NCBI GenBank assembly: GCA_965223505.1
Contig: CBDCWP010000010.1
Coordinates: 166,299 to 230,298, forward strand
Reading direction: 5' to 3'
Length of the DNA stretch: 64,000 nucleotides
Source of the DNA: Planctomycetota bacterium
GTDB lineage: Bacteria; Planctomycetota; PLA2; JAEUHO01
Position numbers and translations under genes: made by a program
Shown: positions 48,292 to 57,831 of the stretch, one piece after another
How the letters are laid out: the number at the start of each line of letters is the position of its first letter
Numbering within the stretch: position 1 is the stretch's first letter
The notes under the pieces: generated by a model
Told to the model about the DNA's origin: nothing
What the model saw: the letters and a program-made list of their open reading frames with translations, nothing else
The model's database searches: none

Positions 48292-50436
48292 ATGCATCTG
48301 AAGAAGCTTGGCTTGCCGGCCGCGTTCCTGGCGCTGCTGGTGTTCATTCCGAAGGGCTACGCGGAACCCCGCGCGGCATTCCATCTCGAAGCGCGCATCC
48401 CGCAGTCCGCGCTGGCCGTCCTGTCCTTCGAGGACGTCGGAAGCTGGAACGAGAAGTTCGAGAAGAGCGCCTTGGGCGCCCTTTTCAACGAGCCGGAGAT
48501 GAAGGCGTTCACGGCCCCGATCCAGAAGGCCGTCGAACAGATGATCGAGGAAAAGGAGGGCCCGCTCGCCGACGTCCCGCCGATCGCCTGGGACGTGCTG
48601 GAGCAGCTCGAAGGGCTCGACGGCCAGCTGGCCATCGCCCTCATCGACTTCGATCTCGAAGAGGAGATGCCGAGCGCCGTCGCCAGCCTGGACTTCGGCG
48701 AGAAGATCGGGGACTTCGGCAAGTTCCTCCATCGCGTGAAGGCGGAGATGGGTGAGGACGGCGAGGCCATGAAGGCGTTCGAGAAGGACGGCCGCACCTG
48801 GTGGCAGGTGGACACCGGCGGCCCGGTCGTCTCGGCGACGTCGATCGACACGGCATTCGTCATCGCGACCGACCCGCAGCTCCTGCAGGCCGTCATCGAC
48901 GCGCCGGCGGGTGGCGACGGCTCGCTCGCCTCCAACGCCGACTACAAGGCCGTCAAGGCGAAGTCGGGTGGAGAGAAGCTCGGCATGTTCGCCTACGCGA
49001 ACGTGCCCGCCATCGTCGCTCTCTTCGACGCGGAGATGGACGAAGAGACGCGCACCATCGCCAACGTGCTCGGGCTCGACACCGTCAAGGGGTTCGGCTA
49101 CGGCATGTCGTTCGTGGGCGACGGCTTCATGGACGCGCTCGTGGTGCACACGCCCGGCGCCGACCACGGCATCTTGAAGCTGCTCGAAGCGCCGCCGATG
49201 CGGCCAAAGATGATCGACTGGGTCCCCTCGTCGGCGTTCTACTACTCCGAGTCGGGGATGTCGCTCGACGGGCTGATGGGCCGCCTGCGCGATCTGCTCG
49301 GCAAGGTCGACGAGGACTTCGTCGAGGAGATGGACGAGGGCATCAAGCGCGCGAACGACCAGCTGGGCGTCGACATCGAGCACGAGCTCGTCGCCGGCTT
49401 CGGCGCCGGCGGCTGCTTCTACGCGGCGATGCCCGAGACCGGCGGGTTGTATCCCGAGGTCGCGCTGATGATGACCGTCAAGAACCAGGACGAGTACGAG
49501 TCGGTCTTCGACCGCTTTGCCAACGGCTTGGCAGGCATGGTCACCGAGAACGGCGACGTCATCGCCTCGACGCGGGTCATCGAGTACGCGGGCCAGCGCA
49601 TGCACCTCTTCGAGATGCAGGGCGCCCACGGCGACGACATCGTTCCGTTCACGCCCACCTGGGCCGTGATGGACGGCAAGCTGTTCGTCACCGCCGTGCC
49701 GTACGCGATGAAGGAGATCATCGCGCGCAAGAAGGAGCAGGCGGGTGTGTCGGGTGTGCACGGCCTCGCGAGCCAGGAGGACTTCCAGTCCGTCCTCGCC
49801 GCGATGCCCTCGACCGCCGGTGCGATCGAGTACCTCGACATGCAGGCGATCATGAACCTGATCTACGACACGGCGGTGCCGACGTTGCAGACGGCGGTGA
49901 AGCCCAACATGATCCCGATGCCGGTTCCGCTGGACTGGGCGCAGCTGCCGCCGGCGCGGACGGTGCGCAAGTACTTCCGCAGCCTCGGCGCGTTCACGAC
50001 GTGGAACGACGAGGGCATCAGCATCTCGGTCCACGCGCCGATTCCGATGCTCGCCGTCACGATGATCGCCGTGGGCGTCGCCGCGACGATGTTCATGGGC
50101 CGGATGACGGCCATGGGACCGCCGATCGAAGTCATGCCGGGCCCGAGGATGCCCGGCGACGCGGCGCCCGCGGATCTCGATGCCGAGCTGGCCGCCGTTC
50201 AAGCCGAGGAGATCGCGAAGTACGTGAGCCTCTACATCCTCGAGCAGAAGAAGCTCCCGAACGAGCTCGCGGATCTGGTCCGCGCGGACGTCATGGGCGC
50301 GCTGCCGAAGGATCCGTGGGGCAACGACTTCGTGCTGCGGGTGGTCGACGCCGAGTCCCGCGATTTCCGTGTGGTCTCGTTCGGACCGGACGGCAAGCCG
50401 GACACCGAGGACGACGTGATCGCCGGAGACAAGTGA
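48292..50436 (+). CDS. Large exported protein with C-terminal GspG/pseudopilin-like domain
   Basis: Signal peptide; large alpha/beta body; late hydrophobic helix; LPKDPWGNDF...VVSFGPDGKPDTEDDV. Confidence 0.7.
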   Translation: MHLKKLGLPAAFLALLVFIPKGYAEPRAAFHLEARIPQSALAVLSFEDVGSWNEKFEKSALGALFNEPEMKAFTAPIQKAVEQMIEEKEGPLADVPPIAWDVLEQLEGLDGQLAIALIDFDLEEEMPSAVASLDFGEKIGDFGKFLHRVKAEMGEDGEAMKAFEKDGRTWWQVDTGGPVVSATSIDTAFVIATDPQLLQAVIDAPAGGDGSLASNADYKAVKAKSGGEKLGMFAYANVPAIVALFDAEMDEETRTIANVLGLDTVKGFGYGMSFVGDGFMDALVVHTPGADHGILKLLEAPPMRPKMIDWVPSSAFYYSESGMSLDGLMGRLRDLLGKVDEDFVEEMDEGIKRANDQLGVDIEHELVAGFGAGGCFYAAMPETGGLYPEVALMMTVKNQDEYESVFDRFANGLAGMVTENGDVIASTRVIEYAGQRMHLFEMQGAHGDDIVPFTPTWAVMDGKLFVTAVPYAMKEIIARKKEQAGVSGVHGLASQEDFQSVLAAMPSTAGAIEYLDMQAIMNLIYDTAVPTLQTAVKPNMIPMPVPLDWAQLPPARTVRKYFRSLGAFTTWNDEGISISVHAPIPMLAVTMIAVGVAATMFMGRMTAMGPPIEVMPGPRMPGDAAPADLDAELAAVQAEEIAKYVSLYILEQKKLPNELADLVRADVMGALPKDPWGNDFVLRVVDAESRDFRVVSFGPDGKPDTEDDVIAGDK

Positions 50437-51494
50437 CCGACACCGAAGCCCCCGCGGAAGCCATCGCGATCGCGGACTTCCGAAGCGACACCGTCACCCG
50501 GCCCACGGCGGCCATGCGCACTGCCATGGCAGAGGCCGCCGTGGGCGACGATGTCTTCGGGGACGATCCCACGGTGCGCGCGCTGGAGGAGGAGGTCGCC
50601 GCGCTCTTCCGGCGCGAAGCGGCGCTCTTCGTGACGTCGGGCTCCCAGGGCAACCAGATCGCGGCGCACCTGCACACGGATCCGGGCCAGGAAGTCGCGC
50701 TCAGCGAGAACAGCCACAGCTACGACTGGGAGCTCGCGGGCCTCGCGGTGCTTTCCGGGCTCCAGGCGCGCACCCTGCCGACGGAACGCGGCTTGATCGA
50801 CGTCGACGCCGTCAAGGCGACGTTGCGCGACGCGGGCGGCTTCCGGCCGGCGTGCAAGCTCCTGATCGTGGAGAACACGCACAACTTCCACGGCGGCTCG
50901 GTCGTGCCCCTTGCGCACATGCGCAAGCTGCACGACGCGGCGAGGGAGCGCGGCGCCGCCGTCCACCTGGACGGCGCCCGCATCTGGAACGCCGCCGCAG
51001 CGACCGACACGCCGGTCGACGACTACGGGAGGCTGGCGGACACGATCAGCGTCTGCTTCTCGAAGGGGCTGGGCGCACCCGCCGGATCCGCCTTGGTGGG
51101 CGACCGTGCGTTCATCGACCGCGCCCGCGAGACGCGCAAGCTGTTCGGCGGCGGCTTGCGCCAGGTCGGCGTCCTGGCCGCGCCCGCGCTGGTCGGGCTG
51201 CACCAGCAGCGGCCCAAGCTCGGTGAGGACCATCGTCGCGCGAAGGAGCTGAAGGCGGGCATGTGCCAGTACCCGAATGTCACGTCGGTCTACGGAGACG
51301 TGGACACGAACATCGTGTTCATCCAGGCCGAGGGTCACGACGCCGCGAAGATGGTCGAGGCGATGAAAGCGGACGGCGTGCTCACATTCGCGACCGGTCC
51401 GGACACGCTGCGCTTCGTCACCCACTACGACGTCGACGACGACGACGTGCAGCGCGCCATCGCGTCCTTCGGAACCGCGCTGGTGAAGGGATAG
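50433..51494 (+). CDS. ltaE: Low-specificity L-threonine aldolase
   Basis: DFRSDTVTRPT, VGDDVFGDDPTV, VENTHN, HLDGARIWNA, CFSKGLGAPAGS. Confidence 0.93.
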   Translation: MTDTEAPAEAIAIADFRSDTVTRPTAAMRTAMAEAAVGDDVFGDDPTVRALEEEVAALFRREAALFVTSGSQGNQIAAHLHTDPGQEVALSENSHSYDWELAGLAVLSGLQARTLPTERGLIDVDAVKATLRDAGGFRPACKLLIVENTHNFHGGSVVPLAHMRKLHDAARERGAAVHLDGARIWNAAAATDTPVDDYGRLADTISVCFSKGLGAPAGSALVGDRAFIDRARETRKLFGGGLRQVGVLAAPALVGLHQQRPKLGEDHRRAKELKAGMCQYPNVTSVYGDVDTNIVFIQAEGHDAAKMVEAMKADGVLTFATGPDTLRFVTHYDVDDDDVQRAIASFGTALVKG

Positions 51495-51498
51495 CTCG

Positions 51499-52623
51499 TT
51501 GGGCCGTGTGCTTCGGATCGTGACGCGGCTCAATCGCGGCGGTCCGCTGCGCCAGCTCTGCGCGCTGGTGCCGGGCCTCGAAGCGCATGGCTGGCGCGGC
51601 CCCGTGCTGCACGGCCGGTGCGACGCGCACGAACCCGACGGCACGCGTGATCTCGAAGCGGCCGGCGCGTGGCTCATCCCGATCGAGGCGCTCCAGCGCG
51701 GCATTCACCCGCGTGAGGACTGGCGGGCGCTGCGAGCCGTGATCGACGCGACGCGCAAGTTCGAGCCGGATCTGATCCACACGCACATGGGGAAGGCCGG
51801 CGCGTTGGGCCGATTCGTCGGACGGATGACGCGCACGCCCGTCGTGCACACGTTCCACGGGCATCACTTCGACATCTCGGCGTTGAAGAGCTCGGCCGCC
51901 CGCTTCGCCGAGCGGCGGCTCGGCACGTGGACCGCCGGCGCGATCTGCTTGTCGAAGCGCCAGTACGACGACGTCGCCACACGCCACGACGTGTTGCCGC
52001 CCGAGCGCGTACACGTGATCGAGCCGGGATTCGACATCGCGTCGTTCCGCGCGGGCGCGGCAGGCGTCGAGCGCCCGCAGGGTGGACCGGCGCGGCTCGT
52101 CTGGACCGGTCGCTTCGTGGAGGTCAAGGATCCGTGGACGCTGCTCGCGGCCATGGAGCGCACGTCGACGCCGTGCGAGCTCACGATGCTGGGCGACGGG
52201 CCGTTGCTGGACGCGGTGCGAGCCGCCGTAAGACAGCGCGCTCTCGAAGACCGCGTGAGTGTCCCCGGCGCCGTGGACGACGTGGCGCCGCACGTGGCGG
52301 CGGCCGACATGCTCGTTCTCTCGTCTCGGAGCGAGGGCACGCCGATCTCGGTGCTGGAGGCCATGGCGTTGGGCGTGCCGCCCGTGGTGACGGCCGTGGG
52401 CGGCCTGCCGGACATCGTGGCGCACGAGGAGACGGGTCTGTGCGTGCCGCCGAACGACCCGGCGGCGCTCGCTTCCGCCATCGACCGCCTTGCGTCCGAT
52501 CCGGAGTTGCGCGCGCGCATCGGGGCGAAGGCGGCCGGCGTGGCCGCGCGTCGGTTCGCTCCCGAGCGGCTGGCGGCGGAGACGGCCGCGCTGTACGAAC
52601 GGCTGCTCGTGTCCGCTCGTTGA
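51499..52623 (+). CDS. Glycosyltransferase family 4
   Basis: PDLIHTHMGKAG, HTFHGH, SRSEGTPISVLEAMALGVP. Confidence 0.92.
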   Translation: MGRVLRIVTRLNRGGPLRQLCALVPGLEAHGWRGPVLHGRCDAHEPDGTRDLEAAGAWLIPIEALQRGIHPREDWRALRAVIDATRKFEPDLIHTHMGKAGALGRFVGRMTRTPVVHTFHGHHFDISALKSSAARFAERRLGTWTAGAICLSKRQYDDVATRHDVLPPERVHVIEPGFDIASFRAGAAGVERPQGGPARLVWTGRFVEVKDPWTLLAAMERTSTPCELTMLGDGPLLDAVRAAVRQRALEDRVSVPGAVDDVAPHVAAADMLVLSSRSEGTPISVLEAMALGVPPVVTAVGGLPDIVAHEETGLCVPPNDPAALASAIDRLASDPELRARIGAKAAGVAARRFAPERLAAETAALYERLLVSAR

Positions 52624-52659
52624 TCGGCGCCGGAACGCCCCCCCGGTACGATTGAACGT

Positions 52660-53604
52660 ATGGCCGACGAGCTCCACCAGGTCCATCCTCTCAAGGATCC
52701 GTCGCTCGAGCCGGTCGGTGCGCCGCGCAAGCGGTTGGCGCCGTGGCTCAAGAAGCGGCTCCCCAAGCAGGACACCGTCCAGCAGGTGCGCACGTTGATC
52801 GACGACCTCGATCTCCACACCGTCTGTCAGAGCGCGCGCTGTCCCAACCTGAACGAGTGTTGGTCGCGCAAGGCGGCGACGTTCATGATCATGGGCGACA
52901 TCTGCACGCGCACCTGCCGGTTCTGCACGGTGCCCAAGGGCAAGCCGCTCCCGCTCGATCCGGCCGAGCCGGAACACGTCGCAGAGGCGGCGGCGCGGCT
53001 CGAGCTGCGCCACGTCGTCGTCACGAGTGTCGATCGGGACGAGCTGCCCGATCAGGGCGCCGGCCACTTCGCCGACACGATCCAGGCGATCCGCGCCCGC
53101 CTGCCCGAGGCGGTGATCGAGGTGCTGACGCCCGACTTCCGCGGCGACGAGGCGCTCGTCGACGTCGTCTCCGACGCGCAGCCGGACATCTTCAATCACA
53201 ACCTCGAGACCGCGCCGCGCCTCTACAAGCGCGTGCGCCCCGGCGCCGGCTACGAGCGGAGCCTTCGTCTGCTCGAGCGCGTGAAGGAGCGACACGCGGA
53301 TCAGTTCACGAAGTCGGGACTGATGCTCGGGCTGGGGGAGACCGAGGACGACCTCGTCGGTGTGATGAAGGACTTGCGCGCCGTCCACGTGGACATCTTG
53401 ACGCTGGGACAGTACCTGCGACCCACGCTGACGCAGCTGCCGGTGGAGCGCTTCGTGCCGCCGGAGGAGTTCGACCGGTACGGCGAGATCGGTCGCGAGC
53501 TCGGTTTCCTCGCGGTGGCCAGCGGTCCCTTCGTTCGTTCGTCGTACAACGCGGACGAGGTCTACAGCGCGCTGAAGACCAAGAGCGGAGCAGGAAGCTC
53601 GTGA
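52660..53604 (+). CDS. lipA: Lipoyl synthase
   Basis: CQSARCPNLNEC, CTRTCRFC, NHNLET, GQYLRP, VRSSY. Confidence 0.97.
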   Translation: MADELHQVHPLKDPSLEPVGAPRKRLAPWLKKRLPKQDTVQQVRTLIDDLDLHTVCQSARCPNLNECWSRKAATFMIMGDICTRTCRFCTVPKGKPLPLDPAEPEHVAEAAARLELRHVVVTSVDRDELPDQGAGHFADTIQAIRARLPEAVIEVLTPDFRGDEALVDVVSDAQPDIFNHNLETAPRLYKRVRPGAGYERSLRLLERVKERHADQFTKSGLMLGLGETEDDLVGVMKDLRAVHVDILTLGQYLRPTLTQLPVERFVPPEEFDRYGEIGRELGFLAVASGPFVRSSYNADEVYSALKTKSGAGSS

Positions 53605-54419
53605 GCGCGGCGGGCATCGTCTCGCTGCTGACCGACTTCGGGCCGGGGAGCGTCTATGTCGGACAGCTGCACGCGACGATCCTGCGTCATGCCGGCAGCC
53701 ACCCGATCCGCATCGTCGACGTCGCGCACGACTGTCCGTTCGCAGGCATCGAGTCGGCCGGCTACATCCTGCGCCGTTCGTACCGCCACTTTCCGGCGGG
53801 CACCGTGCACATGGCGGTCGTCGATCCGGGCGTCGGCGGCGGCCGTGCGATCCTGTGCGGGCGCTGGAAGGACCACATCTTCCTCGCGCCGGACAACGGT
53901 CTGCTGACGCACCTGACGAGCGCCGAGGACGATGGCGTCGCGCACGACATCGAGCTGCGCGTCGTCGAGAACCGCGCGTTGATGAACGAGCGCATCTCGA
54001 ACACGTTCCACGGTCGGGACATCTTCGCGCCGGTCGCCACCCATCTCGCGTGCGGCGGCTCGTTCGAGGAGGTCGGTCCGGCGGCGGAGAGCGTCGTGTC
54101 CGCCGTGACCGGTCCGATTCGCAACGGGGACGCCATCCTGGGGCGTGTGCTCGTCGAGGACCGCTTCGGCAATCTGATCACCAACATCCACAAGTCGGCC
54201 GTGCTCGACCTCGGGGAGCCCGAGAACATTCGTGTCCGTGTCGGCAGCGCCTTCATCAACCAGATCGCGGACACCTTCTGTGACGTCGACGCAGGCGTCG
54301 CGATGGTGTACTTCGGGAGCGGGGACCACCTGGAGGTCGCCGTGAACGGCGGCCGCGCCGCGGACGCGCTGCACCTGTCGGTCGGCTCGGACATCCACGT
54401 GGAGCGCTTGAGGTCATGA
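53601..54419 (+). CDS. SAM hydrolase / chlorinase-fluorinase family (DUF62)
   Basis: LLTDFG, VVDPGVG, APDNGLL, SNTFHGRDIFAP, DRFGNLITN. Confidence 0.92.
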   Translation: MSAAGIVSLLTDFGPGSVYVGQLHATILRHAGSHPIRIVDVAHDCPFAGIESAGYILRRSYRHFPAGTVHMAVVDPGVGGGRAILCGRWKDHIFLAPDNGLLTHLTSAEDDGVAHDIELRVVENRALMNERISNTFHGRDIFAPVATHLACGGSFEEVGPAAESVVSAVTGPIRNGDAILGRVLVEDRFGNLITNIHKSAVLDLGEPENIRVRVGSAFINQIADTFCDVDAGVAMVYFGSGDHLEVAVNGGRAADALHLSVGSDIHVERLRS

Positions 54420-55642
54420 CCCGCGTCGCGTTCGTCGATGCGGCCGCCGGCTGTGCGGGCGACATGTTCCTCGGGGCGCTCGTCGACGCCGGACTCCCGC
54501 TCTCCACGCTCGAGGACGTCGTCCGGCGACTGCGGCTCGACGGCGTCACCGTCACGGCGCAGAGGGTGAATCGCGGCGCCCTGCGCGCGACCAAGGTCGA
54601 CGTGCGCAAGAACGGCCAGGTGATCGAGGGCGACGAAGACGCGCACGCGCACGACGAGCATCGGCACGGCCACGGCACGCATCGGACGCTGAAGGACGTG
54701 CTCGCGATCCTCTCGCGGCTCGGCGACCTCGACACGCCACCGCTCTCCTGGGCCCGGGACACGTTCGTCGCCCTCGCGGACGCCGAAGGCCGCGTGCACG
54801 GCAAGCCGGCCGACGAGGTCCACTTCCACGAGGTCGGGATGGACGACGCGCTGGTCGACATCGCCGGTACGTGCCTCGGGCTGCACGCGCTGGGGGTCGA
54901 GGAGGTGCGCGTGTCGCCGCTCCCGTGGGGACGGGGTAGCGTTCACGCGGCGCACGGCGACATGGCGCTCCCGGCGCCCGCGACGGCGCTCTTGATGGAG
55001 GGACGGCCGACGACGCCCAGCGACGCCACGTACGAGGAGGTCACGCCGACCGGGGCGGCGCTCGTGCGAGCGCTCGCGTCGGGCGACGGCGTGCCCGCCG
55101 GCTTCGTGCCGTCGGCAACGGGCTTCGGCGCCGGCACCTTGACGCGAACGCGTCTACCCAACGTCGTTCGTCTCGTCGTCGGGGATGTCGCGTCCGAGGC
55201 CCCGCCGTCCGAAGCCGTTCAGCTCGAGACGAACCTCGACGACGCGACGGCGCAGGTCAGCGCCCGCGCCCTTGAGCGCGTGCTCGAAGAAGGCGCGCTC
55301 GATGCCTGGTTGACGCCCGCCACGATGAAGAAGGGCCGTCAAGGCGCGGTGTTGTCGGTGCTCGTACGACCGGAAGATGCCGCGCGCATCGAAACCGTGC
55401 TCTTTCGGGAGACGCCGACGCTCGGGGTGCGCAGGCACGCCGTACGACGCACCGTGCTAGCCCGGCGCCACGAGACCGTCGCCACACCGTGGGGGGATGT
55501 CCGCATCAAGGTGCGCGAGACGCCGGACGGCGCCGAGGGCACGCCCGAGTTCGAGGACGCGCGCAAGCTCGCCGACGAGCACGACGTCCCCGTGCGTCGC
55601 GTTCTCGATGCAGCGCAGCGCGCCTGGTCATCCGGCAGCTAG
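54416..55642 (+). CDS. larC: Nickel-pincer cofactor nickel insertase
   Basis: GCAGDMFLGAL, His-rich loop, VHFHEVG, VTPTGAA, ETNLDD, MKKGR, PEFED. Confidence 0.93.
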   Translation: MTRVAFVDAAAGCAGDMFLGALVDAGLPLSTLEDVVRRLRLDGVTVTAQRVNRGALRATKVDVRKNGQVIEGDEDAHAHDEHRHGHGTHRTLKDVLAILSRLGDLDTPPLSWARDTFVALADAEGRVHGKPADEVHFHEVGMDDALVDIAGTCLGLHALGVEEVRVSPLPWGRGSVHAAHGDMALPAPATALLMEGRPTTPSDATYEEVTPTGAALVRALASGDGVPAGFVPSATGFGAGTLTRTRLPNVVRLVVGDVASEAPPSEAVQLETNLDDATAQVSARALERVLEEGALDAWLTPATMKKGRQGAVLSVLVRPEDAARIETVLFRETPTLGVRRHAVRRTVLARRHETVATPWGDVRIKVRETPDGAEGTPEFEDARKLADEHDVPVRRVLDAAQRAWSSGS

Positions 55643-56626
55643 ATCTGTCGACGGTTCGTCGCGTCGTTGCGTCGCATGCGCGAGCCATGCGCACAGCGTC
55701 GCCGTGAAAACCGGCGTCAGCGCCCAGAACGAACGCACCTCGTGAAGGATGTAGCTCTGGCTCGCGTAGGCCGCGACGAGCAGCGGGAAGTAGACCCAGA
55801 GCAACCGCACCCACGCCGGAACGGCGCGGAAGCGGATCAGCAGGATCAACAGGAACGGCAGCACGTACGGAAGCTGATACCAGGCGACGAGATCCCACTT
55901 CTGCACCGACAGGGGCGTGTCGCCGTCGACCATCGCGCGGTCGGGGCCGAGGTGGATCCGCACCACCACGGGGACGACCAAGCACGCGAGCAGAATGGCC
56001 ACGCCCCGGGCCAAGGACGGCCAGAACGCGCGCCCTTGCCTGAGGGCCAACACGCCCCAGAGCGCGGCGACGAGGAAGTGCTTCTCGTACACGAGACCGG
56101 TGACGAGGCCCAGCAGGGCGAGCGCCCACCAGGGCCACGCCTTCGCCACGCCGCGGCACATGAGGCAGTAGAGCCCGAGGCCCCAGAACTCGTAAGGATG
56201 GTGATAGAAGTTCAGGAACAGCACGTTGGCGAGCGCCGCCAACGCCAAGCACCCGACGGACGCGATCTTGGCGTCGAAGTACGCGCGCAACCACAGGTGA
56301 TGCAGGAGCACGAGGAACGCGAGCGACAGCAATGTGTTCGCGTAGAACAAGATGCCCAGCGCGTTCTGGCCGGTGCTCCCGCGCACGTCGTCGAACAGCG
56401 GCCCGTCGAAGACCGACTGCGTGGCGTCGAACAGCCCGCTGATGAGCCAGAGCTTGTACTGATAGGGGTCCGGCGCGTCGTTCTCCAGCACCTGCCGGTG
56501 CAGCCGTTGCTTCGCCGCCATCTTCGGCTGGTCGACGTTCTCCCAGTGCGCGCGCACCATCCAGCAGCAGACGGCCGCAAGCAGCACGGCGACGAGAACG
56601 CGATCGAGCCGGCCGGAGGCGCTCAT
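55628..56626 (-). CDS. Hypothetical polytopic membrane protein
   Basis: About 8-9 TM segments; APDPYQYK loop; ATG overlaps the upstream stop. Confidence 0.75.
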   Translation of the reverse strand: MSASGRLDRVLVAVLLAAVCCWMVRAHWENVDQPKMAAKQRLHRQVLENDAPDPYQYKLWLISGLFDATQSVFDGPLFDDVRGSTGQNALGILFYANTLLSLAFLVLLHHLWLRAYFDAKIASVGCLALAALANVLFLNFYHHPYEFWGLGLYCLMCRGVAKAWPWWALALLGLVTGLVYEKHFLVAALWGVLALRQGRAFWPSLARGVAILLACLVVPVVVRIHLGPDRAMVDGDTPLSVQKWDLVAWYQLPYVLPFLLILLIRFRAVPAWVRLLWVYFPLLVAAYASQSYILHEVRSFWALTPVFTATLCAWLAHATQRRDEPSTDLAAG

Positions 56627-57741
56627 TGCCCGCCCTGAAGCGCGCCGGTGACGGCGCGCAAGCCGTGCTCGAGGCGCTCCTCGTCTACGAGGAACGAGAT
56701 GCGCAACCAGCCCGGCCGTTGGAAGAACGTGCCCGGTACGGCGCGCACGCCGTATTCGCGGTCGAGCCTGTCGACGAGGACGACGTCGTCGGTCCCCGGC
56801 GGGAGTCGCACGAAACCGGTGATGCCCGCGTCGGGCTTCACCCACGCGAGGCCGTCGGTGGCGCTCACCCAAGCGTCCACCCGCTCGCAGCGCGCCGCAG
56901 CGCGTGCGCGCGTGTTCGCGAGCGGTGCGTCGGCGTGCGCGAGGTACGTCGCCGCCAGCCGGCAGGGGAGCTCGGGCGGATTCGGATAGACGAGGTCGTC
57001 CATCTCCCGGAGCGTTCGGATGTACCGCGGGTCGCCGAGGAGCCAGCCGGCCCGAAGCTCCGACAGCCCGTGCACCTTGGTGAGGCTGTTGGTGATCAGC
57101 GCGCGGGGGTGGCGGGTTGCGGCGCTCTTCCGGTCGAGCGGATCGAAGTCGAGGTAGACCTCGTCGACGAGAACGATCGCGTCGTGTTCCTCCGCCGCCG
57201 CCGTCAGCAGCGCGAAGTCGTCGTCGTGAAGGCGCTTGCCACTGGGGTTGTGCAAGTCGGTCACGACGATGAGCCGCGTGTTCGAGCGCAGCGCGGCCTG
57301 CAGACCGGCGGGATCGAGGCGCCAGTCGTTCTCCGGCACGCGCTCGAAGGTCGAGAGCCCGGCGCCGACGACGCCGGCCAGCGCGTGCAGCGCCTGGTAG
57401 GCGGGCACCTCGGCTGCGACGTGCGCCCCGCGCGCGAACGTGAGGTACGCCAGGAAGTTGGCGCCGGAGCTGCCGGCGGCGAGGTGAACGCCGTCCGGCG
57501 TGACGCCGTAGCGATCCGCGAGCGCCGCCCGAAGCTCCGCCGCCGGCTCGCCGGCGTCGGGCGCCGGCAGGCCCGGAACGTCCGCGCACGCCGGACGCTG
57601 GACCCCGCTGAGCCCCAGACTCTGCGGATCCGACATCGGGAGGTTCGCCTTCGCCCAGCGCATGTACGGAAACGGCGCGTCGGCGAACATCTCCGGCGTT
57701 CGGTCGCGCGGCGCGGCCGCGGGGGCGTCGTCTGAGGGCAT
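56623..57741 (-). CDS. PLP-dependent aminotransferase class I/II
   Basis: TDLHNPSG, VDEVY, NSLTKVHGLSELRAGW. Confidence 0.9.
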   Translation of the reverse strand: MPSDDAPAAAPRDRTPEMFADAPFPYMRWAKANLPMSDPQSLGLSGVQRPACADVPGLPAPDAGEPAAELRAALADRYGVTPDGVHLAAGSSGANFLAYLTFARGAHVAAEVPAYQALHALAGVVGAGLSTFERVPENDWRLDPAGLQAALRSNTRLIVVTDLHNPSGKRLHDDDFALLTAAAEEHDAIVLVDEVYLDFDPLDRKSAATRHPRALITNSLTKVHGLSELRAGWLLGDPRYIRTLREMDDLVYPNPPELPCRLAATYLAHADAPLANTRARAAARCERVDAWVSATDGLAWVKPDAGITGFVRLPPGTDDVVLVDRLDREYGVRAVPGTFFQRPGWLRISFLVDEERLEHGLRAVTGALQGGQ

Positions 57742-57831
57742 CGGTACCTTCTGGGGTGATTCCGAAGGAGTGTCCCCGGGTCGTCCGTTCGCGGCAACCC
57801 CTGCCGCGCAGGGCGACGGGGCGATCAAGTC

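Noticed and set aside
53601..54419. Fluorinase/chlorinase natural-product pathway
   Set aside because: Housekeeping context. The family is mostly SAM hydrolases and halogenase specificity cannot be shown from the sequence by eye.
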